64,000 bases of DNA from Chiloscyllium plagiosum (Eukaryota), in the NCBI RefSeq assembly GCF_004010195.1, contig NC_057759.1, forward strand, positions 4,737,661 to 4,801,660, read 5' to 3'. Made by a program: the position numbers and the translations under genes. This document shows, piece after piece, positions 27,000 to 40,815 of this stretch. How positions within the stretch are numbered: position 1 is the stretch's first letter; the number at the start of each line of letters is the position of its first letter. A model generated the notes under the pieces. The model searched no databases and was not told the origin of the DNA. It saw nothing but the letters and a program-made list of their open reading frames with translations.

Positions 27000-28700
27000 G
27001 TATACACCGTATCACTAAGTTCTGTAATCTCTCTCCATTTCAGTAACATACTGCCTTCCATTCTTCCTGTAACAAGACACGTTATATTTCACGTTTTGTC
27101 CACCTGTCAAACTCTTTTCCATTGACTTTTCCTATCTCTATCTATGTGCAGATTCTCCACCTGCTCTTGATAATTTAATTTTCTTCTCAGCTTCGTGCCA
27201 TCACCAAACTTAGTTCGAATACTATGGTACCACTCTTCAAGATCATTGATATAGATTGAAAATTGTTGATGACTTCGCACTGGTCACTGTGTGACTTCAC
27301 TGGTTATGTTCTGCCAAACTGATTAACTCTGAGTTATCCCGATGCCTACTTCATGTTTGATCACCAAGCCTCACCCATTTACGTGTAGCATATTCGATGG
27401 GCTGAGTAAGAGCTAGGAGCATCAGTCGGCAATCCAGCCACTGTAGCCTGCTCCACCATTGAATATTATCATGGTTAATGCCATAACTCCCACAGTTCCA
27501 TTTTTCTGCCTGTTCTCCATAACCCTACATTTATGCAATCTCCCAGCATCTTCTGCACTCTGTAGCAGTGAATTGCACAGGGTCTCAAACCTTTCAGAGA
27601 AGTATGTTCTCCTCACCCCTGTTTTAAATCTTCTCTGCCTTATCCTAAAACTATTATCTCTTGTTCTAGATCGCCTCACATGAGGAAACATCCACTCCAT
27701 TTCGACATTGTCAATCACCCGTAGTATCTTCTGAACCTCAATGAGATCTCTTATTCTTCTAAACTCCAGCGAATATAGGCCTGAGCTACTCAGTCTCTCT
27801 TCACAAGACAAACTCGTCATCTCTGGAATCATTCCAGTGAGTCTCTTCTGAGTTGCTTCTAATGCAACTGCATTCCATCTGCAGTCAGGGCAGCAAAACT
27901 GCACAAAGTACTCCAATTGCGGTCTCACTAATACCTTGTAGATTTACAGCAATTCTTCCCTTGTTTTATAGTCTATTCTTTTGCAAAGAAACACTGAAAT
28001 TACACTTGCCTTCCTCATAATCTGCAGTACCTGCATGTGAGTTTTATGTGATATGCATAAGGGCATCTGGATGCCACTCAGTGTAAGCACTCTGAAGTTA
28101 CTCTGCATTTGGATAATAAGTTGCAATTCTGTTCCTCTGATCAAAATGGATAAACCCTTAGTTATTCATGTTAAATTTTATCTACCAAATGCTGGCCCAT
28201 TCATCGAAACTTTTCATATCAGTTAGTTTTTTTTTCACATATTAACTGCATAAACCTACATTTCCACCAATTTTGGCATCATCTGAAAGTTTGGCTGGAG
28301 GGTTTTCTATCCTCTTATCGAATTAATACAATAAATGAAAAAAGTAAGGGCCTGTGGTCTGAACGCTGTGGCACACCAAAAGTTGTCAACCAAGCTGGAG
28401 AAGTGAAATGGATTCATCCATTTATTGTGTGTGAGTCAGCCTTCTGTTGCTGACTCCTTCTGGTGATCTTTGTAAAAATAAGACCATTTTTCATTCTTGT
28501 AGCTCCAATGGATAAAGATCACCCTGATTATCCTGTCCTTATAAGTTAACTTTATCATTGCAGAAGTCAATTATGGAAACATCTCTGAGCTACTTCCAAA
28601 ACAGTAATATCCTTTCCTCACTGAGGAGATCAATTCTGAACACACTACTTCAGATGTGATCTCAATAAGACCATGTACAGCCAGAGCAACACTTTGCCAG
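27000..28700 (-). mobile_element. Decayed CR1 LINE 3' fragments
   Basis: ORF 27422..27928 (RPQLEYFVQFCCP..GLYSLEFRRIRDLIEV). Confidence 0.8.
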
Positions 28701-29849
28701 CCTGCTGTGAGGTTCCCATTCAGGTTAGAACACTCTCAACTCTCTGGGGAATGCACAGCATTGTTGAAAGTGCATGTCCTTGTCTAATCTACCGGCATAA
28801 CTGTAGATCTGGTGAAAATGTCACAATGACACTTGAGAAGAATGATTAAGATATGATTGAGTGGTTTCAGTATCTCGACAGAACTCGCCAAGTATCTCGC
28901 CTGAATTTGCCATTAATCTCCACAGTGCCCACGTCGTTCATATTATACAGAATCTGCTAAGGCGGAGGTTAGAAGCAGCCAGGAGAAGCAAACGTTGATG
29001 TAAGTTATATGTCAAAGTCAAAACCGCAACACAATTGGCATGTTGTAGAACAGAAAATTAGATATGCAGGTTTGTGTGCACTACAGTAATAATGGACAGC
29101 TTCAAGTTTTTCTAAACCATGTTTGAACCCAACTGAATGATATTGCTGGGAAAAATAGTTTTATGAGCATGTAAGAGATGATTCGCTTTAACATTATTTT
29201 GAGCACCGGGGTAGATATTGGGCTTGTTTGGAAATGATGTCTGGTGATCGGAAGAGGTAATTGAAAACCTTGCAGTAAAGGAACCTTTGAGAATAGTGAT
29301 GATAAAAATTTTATATGACGTCAGAATGCAAAACCTTGTTTCTATAATGGTAAGACACCTGAAGTGTGCAAGCTATCATGAGGAGCATGTTGACTTCAAC
29401 GTATTAGCTAAGAACATTGAAAAGAGATTTAATGGCTGTTGTTTAATTAAACACCGTAAGATATGCAATATACATATTCCCATCACAGTGACAAGAGTAA
29501 AAAGGAAAGGTGACTCAATGATGGTTAACAATAAAAGTTAAAGATTGCATTAGATGAAAGGAAACGTCTCAGAAAAATGCCTGATATTGTCAGAAGCCAT
29601 GGATTTAACGTCATTTCGGACCCAGCAAAGGAACACCAATAAACTGACATGGAAATCAAAGAGAACAAGAATGCAAACTAACAAGAAACATCAACAAAGT
29701 GAAGGCAAGTTCAAAGGTGGAGTCGTGAATATCCAGACAGGTTAATTTATTCCAGAGAACTAAGAAATTACAGTGCGACTAAACAGTTACTTTCATGTCG
29801 ATCTTCGTAGAGGCAAGATTATTTTATGAGGAAACTCTGTCTTTGTTCT

Positions 29850-31780
29850 CTCGTGATTCAGAAAATGCAAGGTGATCTCAGTGAAACTTAGAAAATTCAC
29901 ACAGATGGGATTGACTAACACAGGGGTATGGAGAATTACAAACAGGCAAGGTTAGAGAGAATGCGAAGATACTCTAAAAGTACGTCAAGCGGAACAGCAT
30001 ACGTTGAGAACAATTAGCACTGATTGGAAATCAAGGGGGCATCTATGTGTGTAGCTGAAGAACATTGATATATTATTACATGAGTGCTTCACATCTGTTT
30101 TATTTGGGAGAAGGAGGTTGCAGGTACAAAATTCGAGAAGTTGGTCTTTGAAGCTCTTGAACAGATTGATTGAATATGAGCGCAGGGATTGGGGGCTTTC
30201 TCTGGTACAAAATTGGATCAACCACCAGGTCGGAATCAGTTCTACCTCAGGCTGCTCTTCGACAAAAGGCCCTGACCAAAACGTTTCAGTAGAATTTGTC
30301 TACAAGAGAGGTGTCAGAGGACTGGACAACAGCTAATGTGGAGCCATTTAACAGGAAAATGTTGACCAGAGAGTATCAGGTCAGTGTCATGGAAACTATT
30401 GGAGGAAATACGGAAAACGAAAATTCATCCACATTTACAGAGACAATGATTGATCAGGGATCGTCATCATGACTCCATCAGAGGGAAATCATGCCTAACG
30501 AGGAGGTATTTTATATAGATTTTCATCAAGGCCTTTGACAAAGCCCCAGAAGTGAAGCTGATAAATGAAACCGAATCCGACAGTATCAATTTTAAAAATT
30601 ATTTTAAGATGATTTTTGAAAGGTTTTGGGGAAGTTTCAGGGTTAAGTTCTTTCCACAGAGTGTGGTATGTGCTTGTAATGCATTGCCAGCGTTGATAGT
30701 AGAGTTAGATACGTTAGGAATATTTAAGTATTTCTTACAGGAGGATAGAAAAATGGCAGAACATTGATGGCCGAAGGGGCTATACTCCTCTGTACTGTTC
30801 TTGTTCTATTTTCTACAGCATTCGAAAAGTCAGACGGGCAGATCAATGACAGATGGAATTTAAACCTGACCTCCAAGGTATATGCAGGGCAGTGAGTTCT
30901 GAAGCCAGGCGTCAACACTGGGAATAGCAATAGCACGCTGACCAGTGTACATAGGCTACCAAGCTGTATCATTGAAAAGGATCTGGATCTCTTGGTACAC
31001 CAGACAGTGAAAGCAATATCGCAGGAGCAGAAAGCAGTTAAGTTAACAGATTGTATGTTAACCTTTACTTCGAGGAGATTTGCATACAAGAATCAGGATG
31101 TCTTACTGCAGCTGTACTGGGCCTTGGTTCGACCCCATCTCCAATATTGTGCAGCATTGTGTGCAGTTTTGGTCTCTTTACGTAATAAAGGACAAACCTG
31201 ACACTGAGAGAGTGCCGCGAAAGATGACTGGACTGATCTCTGGGATGACAGGCTTGTTGTGAGAGCAGAGATTGATCGACTGGGCCTGTATTACATATGG
31301 TTAAGGAATATGAGTGGAGATCTCAATGAAATATGTAAAACTCTTGACAGGGTGAGACTTATTGGAAGCAGGGATGAAATCCTCCGGCTAAGACGTCTAA
31401 AACAATTGAATACAGGCATTCCACTCTGCATCGAGATGAGAATAAATGTCTGGTCTCAGAGACCGGTGAACCTGGGGAATTTTCATCCACATAAGGTACT
31501 GAATATAAATAAGGATTTTTTTTGACAGTGTAAGGATAGTGATAGAGTGGTGATAGAGGATCAGGCATCATTATATTGAATCGAGAGAAAAATGATGGAC
31601 TGAAGAGAGTACTGCAGTTCCTATTTATATTTTTTTCCGTTTGTTGATCACATTAAGGGATATGTACATTTATGGGAAAAGTACATTGAGTAGATGTTAG
31701 GCCATGAACTCGAATGGGGACGGCTCAATGCGTTGATTGGCCTACTCCTTGCCCGATGTTTCTGTGCAGTCTGTGGGAAA
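29850..31780 (+). mobile_element. Cluster of decayed CR1 fragments
   Basis: LLQLYWALVRPHLQYC and FFPQSVVCACNALP motifs. Confidence 0.65.
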
Positions 31781-32279
31781 GCTCTGTAAGTGTTGCCACA
31801 GACTCTCATGTTAGGAAGAAGGCCTCTTCAGGGTCAACAGAGCGTGTTTCCGGTTCCCTTTTCCAATACCGACACTTGTGCTGGATGTGCTCTCTGGTTT
31901 TAACCTTTAAGACCCTGGAGGAGTTTGATGCAATTGAGTGTCTTGCTTGTCCATTTCAGAGACCATTGAAGAGGTTATCACATGCCTTTGTGTCTGGAGT
32001 CACTTTTAGGACAGACGAGCAAAGCGGGGAAATTTGCTTTCTGAAGATATTATGAAGAAGCAAATTTGTGTCTGCAATCGAGATTGGCTTTCAAGGTCAC
32101 TATTACAACACAATATTTTAGATCTCGAGATTTTATTAATTGTTTTTAACTTCTGCCAATTGACAGAACATTAGCCTGATCTGGATTGGTAATCCAGAGG
32201 CATTTCCACAACAGCATCAGCTACGCATGAGACCGATCAGAAACAGAGCATGTGATTTCTGTGCTGCTTGACAGTTGTT

Positions 32280-33512
32280 TTGAGCATGTAACTCTGAAGA
32301 TGGACGAGGGACATCCAGTAGATGTAGTGTACCGGGACTTTCAGAAAGCTTTTGATAAAGTCCCACATAGGAGGTTAGTGAACAAAATTTGGGCGCATGG
32401 TATTGGGGGCAAAGTACTAACTTGGATTAAAAGTTGGTTGGCTGACAGGAAACAACGGGTAGTGATAAACGGCTCCATTTCGGAATGGCAGGTAGTGACC
32501 AGTGGGTTACCGCAGGGATCAGTGCTGGGACCGCAGCTTTTTACAATATATATTAATGATATAGAAGATGGTAGTAGTAATAACATTAGCAAATTTGCTG
32601 ATGATACTAAGGTGGGTGGCAGGGTGAAATGTGAGGAGCATGTTAGGAGATTACAGGGTGACCTGGACAGGTTGGGGAGTGGTCAGATGCATGGCAGATG
32701 CAGTTTAACGTGGATAAATGTATGGTTATTCACTTTGGTGGCAAGAACAGGAAGGCAGATTACTACCTAAATGGAAATCAGTTTAGGCAAAGAGGCAGTA
32801 CAAAGAGATATGGGTGATCTTGTACACCAGTCAACGAAGGTAAGCATGCAGGTATAGCAGATAGTGAAGAAGGCTAATAGCATGCTGGCCTTCATAACAA
32901 GAAGGATTGAGAATAGAAGCAAAGAGGTTCTTCTGCAGCTGTACAGGGCCCTGGTCAGACCACACCTGGAGTATTGTGTGCAGTTCTGGTCTCCAAATTT
33001 GAGGAAAGACACTTTGTCTATTGAGGGAGTGCAGCCGTAGGTTCACGAGGTCGATTCCTGGAATGGCGGGACTACCTTATGCTGAAAGATTGTAGCTACT
33101 GGGCTTGTATACCCTTGAGTTTAGAAGACTGAGAGGGGATCTGATTGAGACATATAAGATTATTAAAGGATTGGACACTCTGGAGGCAGGAAGCATGTTT
33201 CTGCTGATGGGTGAGTGCCAAACCAGAGGACACAGCTTAAAAATGCAGGGTAGACCATTTAGGACAGAGATGAGGAGAAACTTCTTCACCCAGAGAGTGG
33301 TGGTTGTGTGGAACGCTCTGCCCCAGAGGGCAGTGGAGGCCCAGTCTCTGGATTCATTTAAGAAAGAGTTGGATAGAGCTCTCAAGGATAGTGGAATCAA
33401 GGGTTATGGAGATAAGGCAGGAACAGGATACTGATTAAGGATGATCAGCCATGACCATATTGAATGGTGGTGCAGGCTCGAAGAGCAGAATGGCCGACTC
33501 CTGTCTATTGTT
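32280..33512 (+). mobile_element. Relatively young 5'-truncated CR1 LINE (RT to 3' end)
   Basis: DFQKAFDKVPHRRL, SGLPQGSVLGPQLFTIYIND, KFADDTK, RRLRGDLIETYKI, FFTQRVV. Confidence 0.92.
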
Positions 33513-33539
33513 GTCAAAAATAACTTTCAACAATTTGAT

Positions 33540-34590
33540 TATTGTGGACTGAGGATGTGGTATCGGTCAGATTGTAATTGTTCCTCTCTGAGAGGACTGG
33601 ACATCGATGTGTAATTTTCGACAGGCCAGTTAGATGTCAGAGTTGGAACTGGAATGAAACATCTTCCACAGGGACATGGCTTGTTGTGCAGCACTTGTCT
33701 TAAGTCCTTTTGCAGGAATGGTGTCAGGTCCCATTGTCTTTGTTGAATCTAGTATGTTCAGCTGTATCTTGATGTTAGGTGCAGCGAATCGAATTGTTTG
33801 AATCCGACATCGTGATTGTGTGGGCATCATGACGAGAATGAGATGGATGATCCATGCAACACTTCTGGTTGAGGATAGTGCAGATACTGCATCCTTGTCT
33901 TTGAAACAGTTGTGCCAGCTTCTGTGTGTAACGTATTTGTGTTTTTCTCTGGTTGTCTCCCCTACCACGATTAAGATCTGTGCAGTGTTAGTGATGCCAG
34001 TCATATGTAGCATCAGAACCACTTATTAAGATGGGCAATTGTAGAGCCCTGTCTTCCAGTGAGTTGTTTAACAGTCCATTATCATTTATGACTGTTTTTG
34101 GCAGTAGTGCAGAACTTCGATCTGATCTACTGGTATTTGGATCATTTTGTCTTCTGCATCAGGTGGGCGACACTGTGGCACAGTGGTTAACACTGCTGCC
34201 TTATAGCGCCACAGACCCGGGTTCAATTCCCACCTCAGGCAACTGTCTGTGTGGAGTTTGCACATTCTCCCCGGTTCTGCGTGGGTTTGCCCCGGTTTCC
34301 TCCCACCGTCCAAAGGTGTGCAGGTTAGGTGAACTGGCCATGCTAAATTGCCCGTAGCGTTAGGTGAAGGAGTAAATGTAGGGAAATGGGTCTGGGTGGG
34401 TTGCTCTTCGGAGGGGCAGTGTGGACTTGTTGGGCCAAAGGGCCTGTTTCCACACTGTAAGTAATCTATTCCAGTTGTTTGGAATATAAGCAGTCAATTG
34501 CGGTAGCTTTAATGGATTATCATCAGGTTTAGGTGATCATGGTTCCGATCCTGGCATTTTCATCCACACTCTTCACTGAACCCTAGATCA
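33540..34590 (-). mobile_element. Decayed LINE (CR1/L2 clade) interrupted by a SINE
   Basis: LDSTKTMGPDTIPA motif. Confidence 0.55.
34165..34468 (+). mobile_element. tRNA-derived SINE
   Basis: High similarity to 21603-21900. Confidence 0.85.
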
Positions 34591-35359
34591 GATTGTTGAT
34601 AATGATAGAGTAAGGGATTATCCTGGGGGAAAAGTTACAGATTGTGATTGAATATAATTCTGTTTCTGCTGCTGCTGTGGTCCACAGCACCACACCAATG
34701 CTCAGTTTGGAGCTGCAATTTCTGCAATGCAATTCTGCTCCCTGTCCCCAGTTGACATCGAGACCCCATTCACCCATCCGCCCTGTACTCAGTGACCTGC
34801 TCTGGTGTCTGATGTGGTAACACTTCCATTTTACTATTCTCATCCTGCTGGGTGTTCTCTCCTTGCTGTCAATCGTCCAATTTGCCACATTCATCAAAAC
34901 CATTTAAAATATTAATTTCAATCTTTTCCCTTCAGTAGTGTCGTCTTGTTTTAAAGTGAATGTCTCTCTCTCTCCCTCTCTCTCCCTCTCTCTCTCCCCT
35001 TCTCTCTCTGACCATGATAAAGAGCTCTGCAGTGTCAGTGATGTCAATCTTATGCAGTTTCAGAACCAATTAATTTTTGCACCTTGCATTGTCACTCACT
35101 TCCCATGTATGTCGCTCTGTGTTGAACAAGGCATAGAAGCTGATTTGACACATGAAGTGTCATTGAAACGTGTTCAAAACAGAAACTATTGGCGAAATTA
35201 AGCAAGTCTAGCAGCATATTGAGTGAAAGCAGAGTTAATATTTCGAGAGCTGTGACCCTTCTTCAAAGCTCCCATTTCCTCCAGCACTTTTTGTTTTTGT
35301 TACAGATTTCCAGTGTGCACAGTACTTTGTTTTACTGAAAATGTTTCCTTGCCTGTCTA

Positions 35360-36090
35360 TTTCTGGAGAAACTCAACAGGTCTGGCAGCGTCTGTGGAGA
35401 CAGGAAACAGGCTTAACATTTCAAGTCCAACGTGACACTTCGTCAGAACTGGTCAGAATTGGAAAAATGGCTGTTTAATCCCGTCATAAAAGTAAAGGAA
35501 GAGTGACTGGAAAGAAAGGGTGTGGTGGCCCAGTGCAAAAGACAAATGGGCTTTAGTCGTAATGGAAGAGAAATAGATGTAAAATGTGTGTGAATTCTGG
35601 TGTGGGTGGGTGAAATGGACATTGGGGAAAATGCGAATGGACAATACTGAGTGCAAGAGAAAGAAGATATAAACAAAACAATGTCATTCAGAGTTGGGTG
35701 GGAGAATGTATGAAAAATGGAGAAAACTCATAATAATCGGGCAGGCTGTGAAGTTGTGGAATTGAATATTATGTCCTACAGGCTGTAACGTACCAAAATG
35801 TAAAGTTAAGTGTCACTCGAGCTTGGTGTGCTTCGTTTGAACATTGCAGCAGCTCAGAATAGAAACATTAGCATGATAGCAAGATAGGTTATTGGAATGG
35901 GCAGGACTGAGAAGGTAAGGGTTATCCCTACAGATAGAGTGAAAGTGTTCCACAAAATAATCTCTGTTTGCTCTCGTCAATGTAAAGAAGACAGTAGTGT
36001 GACCAGCTGTGATAGGACATTGGATTAAAAGAGTACACGTGAAATGCTGCTTTACCTCGAAAGTGTGTTTTGGGTTGCTAAGCAATTAAA
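35360..36090 (-). mobile_element. Old Penelope-like 3' fragment (GIY-YIG remnant and pLTR)
   Basis: FEVKQHFTCT..YFVEHFHSIC; minus-strand CUGACGA..GAAA motif near 35415-35447. Confidence 0.6.
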
Positions 36091-36379
36091 AAAAAGAGTC
36101 AAATGCCTGGCGTTACTTCGTTTTCGATATAGACGATATGGCAGCACGTTGGGATGTAGTCAGCAACAGCAGCAATGGTGTTTTATTGAGTTCTTTTCTA
36201 TTTACTGAAAAGCTGTTCCCCACACCCTGGAAACAGGGATAGGCAGCAATAATGTTTCATATGTATCTACCTGCTTCGAACCAGCTTCCTTTGTCTAAAC
36301 GGCACTTGCTAGTCTGGTCCATGCATAATGCTTATTATGCTGTAGTTTAAACACGCAATATTCAATCTACTCCACAACT

Positions 36380-37196
36380 TTCTCGCTTTGGTGCACTATA
36401 CCTCTTCGTATAAATTCAGGGAACCATTAAGACTTCTTAACAACAGATTCGACTTTCCTGATCATTATAACTTCCTGTGGTCTGCATCTGTCTCATTTTA
36501 AACTGGGAATGTTATATTTGGCAGCCGTCTTGAGTACTCCCTGACTCCTGTGATTCCTGGAAGATCACTATCAAAGCTTCCACAATCTCCTCAGTTACCA
36601 TCTTAGAAAAATAGGGTGTGGTCCATTTGTTATTGGGTGATTTATACACTTTCAGAGCATTCAGCTTTCCCAGCACCTTTTCCTTAGTGATGGTCGTTAT
36701 ACTTACCTATGTCCCCTGACATTTTTTAAAGTTCTGGGAGGCTGCTGGTGTCTTCAACTGTAACTCTTCAACACCACTGACATTTCTTTGTTTCCTATTA
36801 GTACTCCAACCACATTTCCCAGCAGTCTAATGTTTGCCCTTGATTCCCTCTCCTCCCTTTTATTTATCTAAAATCCTTTTTCAAAGTTTTATTATTTTAT
36901 TAACAAGCTTATCATCATATTTTATCGTCTCCTCCTTATTTTTTCTCTTAGTGATCTTCCACTTGTAGTTAAAGACTCATTAATCCCGCAGATTCCAATA
37001 AGCTTCACCACATTGTATGATTTCTCTTTTGTTTATATGTTGTCCCTTACTTCCTTTTTCAACCACTGTAACGTTGTCTTCTCCTGAGTATGTTTCTTAT
37101 TCCTTGGAATGAATGTCAACTGTACTTCTGAATTAACCCCAGAAACTCCTGCTATTGTGGCTTCATTGTCTACCCTGCCAAACTTCCCTTCCAATT
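36380..37196 (-). mobile_element. Decayed CR1 ORF2 fragment
   Basis: Nucleotide similarity to the minus-strand CR1 segments at 1000-1800 and 5050-5800. Confidence 0.55.
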
Positions 37197-38425
37197 ACCG
37201 TCTCCACAATGCAGAGAAGACCATATTGACGGCAATTGACACAGATCATGAGGTGTTTGGATGTGAAGGAAAATCTCTGCCAGCTGTTGAATGATCATTG
37301 GGGTCTTGGATAGAGGTGAGAGAGAAGGTGTTGGCGTAGATGTTACCCCTCTTGCCGTGGCAAAGCATAGTGCTGGTAATGGAGGATGTAGGCGTGGATC
37401 TATGGCGGTTGTTGTGGAGGGAATAGCCTGTGTGGAATGGCTGAAAGAGTGGGGAAGGAAACAAATCTCTGGTGGTGGGGTCTGACTTTATGTGGCGGAA
37501 ATGGCAGAGGATGATACGCTGTATCCGGAGATTAGTTGAGTAGAATGTGAGAACCAAGGGAATTCTAACTTATTGTGGTTGGAGGGATGGGCTTCAAGGG
37601 TGGAGGTGCGGGAAGTGGACGAGATGCGCGGGAAAACATTGTTGAATACTTGTGTGTAAAATTGTGGTCTTTGAAAGAGGAGGTCATCTGTCATGTGCTG
37701 GAGCGTAATGGCTCCTCCTGGGAGGAGGTATGGCTGAGGTGGAGGAATTGAGAGTAAGGTAAGGGGTAGGGTTTTTTTCTGGATTGGAGGTGGAAGGAAT
37801 TGGGTTAGGAAGAGGTGTAATCCAGGAATCTGTGAGACTCGGTAGGTTTGAAGTAGATACCCGTGGTAAATCAGCCACTGAAAATGAAGACAGAAAGTTA
37901 CAGACAGGGAAGGGAAGTGTCCGAGATGGTCCAGATGAACTTGGGATCAGGGCAGAAGATGTTTATCAATGTGATGAACAGTTCAACATGCTCACCTGGA
38001 GCAAGGATGCCTCATCTACTGCCTTCAGGCTCTCCAACAACACGGCATCCATGTCGATTTCACCAGTTTCCTTACCTCCCATACACCCACCTCATCCCAG
38101 ATCCATCCTTCCAAATCTGCACTGCCCACTTTGTCTGTCCTACCTGTTTATCTTCCTTCCCACCTATCTGCTACATCCTCTTCTCTGGTCAATCACCATT
38201 TTTTCCCCACCTGAATTGCCTTCCCAGCTTTCTTTATTCCAGCCCCACACATTTCTATTTATCTCAAAGCCCCCTTCTCGCCCAAGTCCACAATCCAGAT
38301 GATAGGCTTATGGCCGAAATGTCGATTCCCCTGCTGCTCAGATGCTGCCTGAGATGTTGTGCTTTTCCAGCGCCACGATTTTCGACTCTGACGCCCAATA
38401 TCTGCAATCCTCACTTTCTTCCCTT
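37197..38425 (-). mobile_element. Penelope-like element (family A) body with inverted pLTR at ~38000-38425
   Basis: Minus strand VLTFYSTNLRIQRIILCHFRHIKSDPTT and ..C..YGLLCIVET (decayed LYIGET); plus-strand pLTR with mutated core CAGATGA..GAAATGTC at ~38296-38323. Confidence 0.75.
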
Positions 38426-38584
38426 CCAAATACGTCCGGAGAGTTCCTCCCCCTTGTCCATATATTTACGTTACTCAATTTTATTTGTGTTTCACCCAAA
38501 AGTTAGCAATAGATATAACTGAAAGAGGACGTTTTCAGAGACGGGGCACGGAGAATGATAAAAGGATTAATTAACTGAATGCAA

Positions 38585-38616
<32 letters not shown>

Positions 38617-38979
38617 TATAGATAACGAGAAAACTCATAACCAAGCGAAAAACTAGATTGTCAATAGAAGTAAATGTACTTTCCTATTTGTTTTAGCAAT
38701 TCCCTTGTGCTGTAGTTCTTTGTACAGTGTGTACAACAGAGCAATATTTTCAAAAGCTGGGGTCTGATGACAGAAATATTATCTGCAATAACATGACACA
38801 CACCAGTTGTTGACAGAACTCAGAAGGCCAACACATTGATTTCCCGGTAGGAAGTGGATTAATTGAAATAAAGTGTGACACTAGCATCAGGAATTTGTTA
38901 AGAATGGGAAGCGACAGCAGCGAATCCCTGAAAGAAGAGGGGGAGAAGGTTCTGGATGGGAGGTTGGCTGGAACCGATG

Positions 38980-39730
38980 CACAGACCCCCTGCTCCTAAC
39001 ACCCACATCACATCGATCCGCTGCAGAAGGCAACATTTTAAACTTACAGGTCCTCAATAGGACCAGCCAGAACACCACCTTCCTCACCATCTGGACAGGA
39101 CCCAGACCCGTCATCTCCAGACCTACAGCGGCACGAATTTTATCTGTGGCCGCAAAGCCTACCCCTGGTTGCCGGTATCCTGGACTGGGAGCTGTTATGT
39201 TGGGTACGCCGTTCCATTCATTTATCACTCCCAGTCCCCTCCCTTCCCACATCCCGTGACCTGCAGCAGACGAGCCCTCGCTGCCATTGAAGCAGCTCTC
39301 TACCTGATGTCACTCCACTTTGCAACCCTACGGTTACAGGTCGAAGCCCATAAACTCGCAGCCGCATGAGAGGAGGTGGCAAACTCCACAGCACACGCTG
39401 TGAACGTACTCGCTAGGCTGAACGCAGAGGCTGTCACCATCCGTACTGTGGCTCTGCAGAACAGGATGGCCCTGGACTACCTGCTCGCTGCAAAAGGGGC
39501 ACATGCACCCTTATTGGTGCTGACTGCTGCACTTACATCCCTGACCCCAGTGAAAAAATCACAGACCTGGCCCAACATATCCAGCAGGCAGCTTCTGTCC
39601 TGCATAAGCAGAACACCCGTTGGGAGCTATGGGACTGGGCAGCCTCCTGGCTGGGGTCATGGGGGACAGGCCTCATTGCTATCATTACCCGCCTTATAGT
39701 GCTAGCCATGGCCATCTGGCTGTGCTACTA
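38980..39730 (+). pseudogene. env: Endogenous retrovirus env remnant (gamma-type, SU C-terminus plus TM)
   Basis: FICGRKAYPWLPVSWTGSCYVG, cleavage-like SRR|AL, immunosuppressive domain LQNRMALDYLLA, then after a frameshift CTLIGADCC (CX6CC), TYIPD and a hydrophobic anchor; in-frame TGA at 39367-39369. Confidence 0.92.
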
Positions 39731-39928
39731 ATACCTATGTGCATTCCTCTGCCCCCCTCACCACTCAGCCAGCACAGATCCCTGCACCGGGATAGCCTCT
39801 GCTGGGCCAGACTCGGACGCTGAGAGCTAGCTGTCCGATACGGAGCACCCACCTCCTACCTGACAATCTCCCCGACTCTGGATACATTGTCACCTTCTCG
39901 TCCCTCCCCTAAGCACAAAAAAGGGAAT

Positions 39929-40559
39929 TGTGGGAAAAGCTTTGCTATCCCATGATAGGCCCACAAAAGCAAATTGGCCAAATTGTACCAGGGCACCCAG
40001 AATTCCCGAGCAGCTCAAGAACTGGGTCAGACGGCACGCAGACAATGGAACATGCTTTCAGGCTCCCATGGACATGACAGAGATCTCAAAGCCTTCAGGA
40101 CAGTTTCACAACCCAGCAACAAAAGCCCCACAAAGAGCAGAACATACAGACAGGCACAATGGGAGAATGGAAGCAACTCACCACTTCAGAAAAGACTTTA
40201 ACACCTATCTGTGAAGATGAATGGAACCATGATATCATTAGGATGTTGCATTGTGTGAAGGAATAGGACATTCATCCGATAAACTGTTTTCCAATTAGCA
40301 TCCTTACAACTAAATTACTGCATTTCCAGAAACATTGTAGTTTCCCATTTCTTAATTAGTGTCATTGTGCAGCATTACTATACAACTGGTCTCATCCTCA
40401 GCTCTGGGAGGAGAAATCAAATTCTCTGTGCAGACTGTCAATTTTGTGTCAGCTCGTCTGTTTTCTCCTCCAGTGATATCTCTTGCAATAAACTGTTTGT
40501 CAATTTCACTTCGAGCTGTGTTTTGTGATCTCTAACCTACTGGATACATTTCTCCGACA
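39929..40559 (+). mobile_element. ERV 3' LTR preceded by polypurine tract
   Basis: PPT AAAAAAGGGAAT at 39917-39928; termini TGTGGGAAAA...TTTCTCCGACA (imperfect inverted); AATAAA at 40487-40492. Confidence 0.8.
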
Positions 40560-40815
40560 GCATGTAAAATGATTTTCCTCCAATCCATTTGAAATTACAT
40601 TTTTCTTGATATTGTCACTTGTCATTCCTTATTTCAAGTATTTCTGTTTCTTTCTCGATATTTTACTTTAAACTGTCTATCAAGAAGATATTGATGACTG
40701 GGGATATCTCTTTACTCCCGTCCAGACTCGACAGGCACTGTTTCCGATTCCTTTCTGTTTCTAACCAATGGCACACAAATACTGTCTCTGTTTAACAGCT
40801 TGATGTGCTGACTGG

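Noticed and set aside
37784..38522. 172-aa and 219-aa plus-strand ORFs
   Set aside because: They run across the antisense Penelope body and its inverted pLTR; not host genes
38980..39730. Domesticated syncytin-like env gene
   Set aside because: In-frame stop, frameshifts and missing N-terminus
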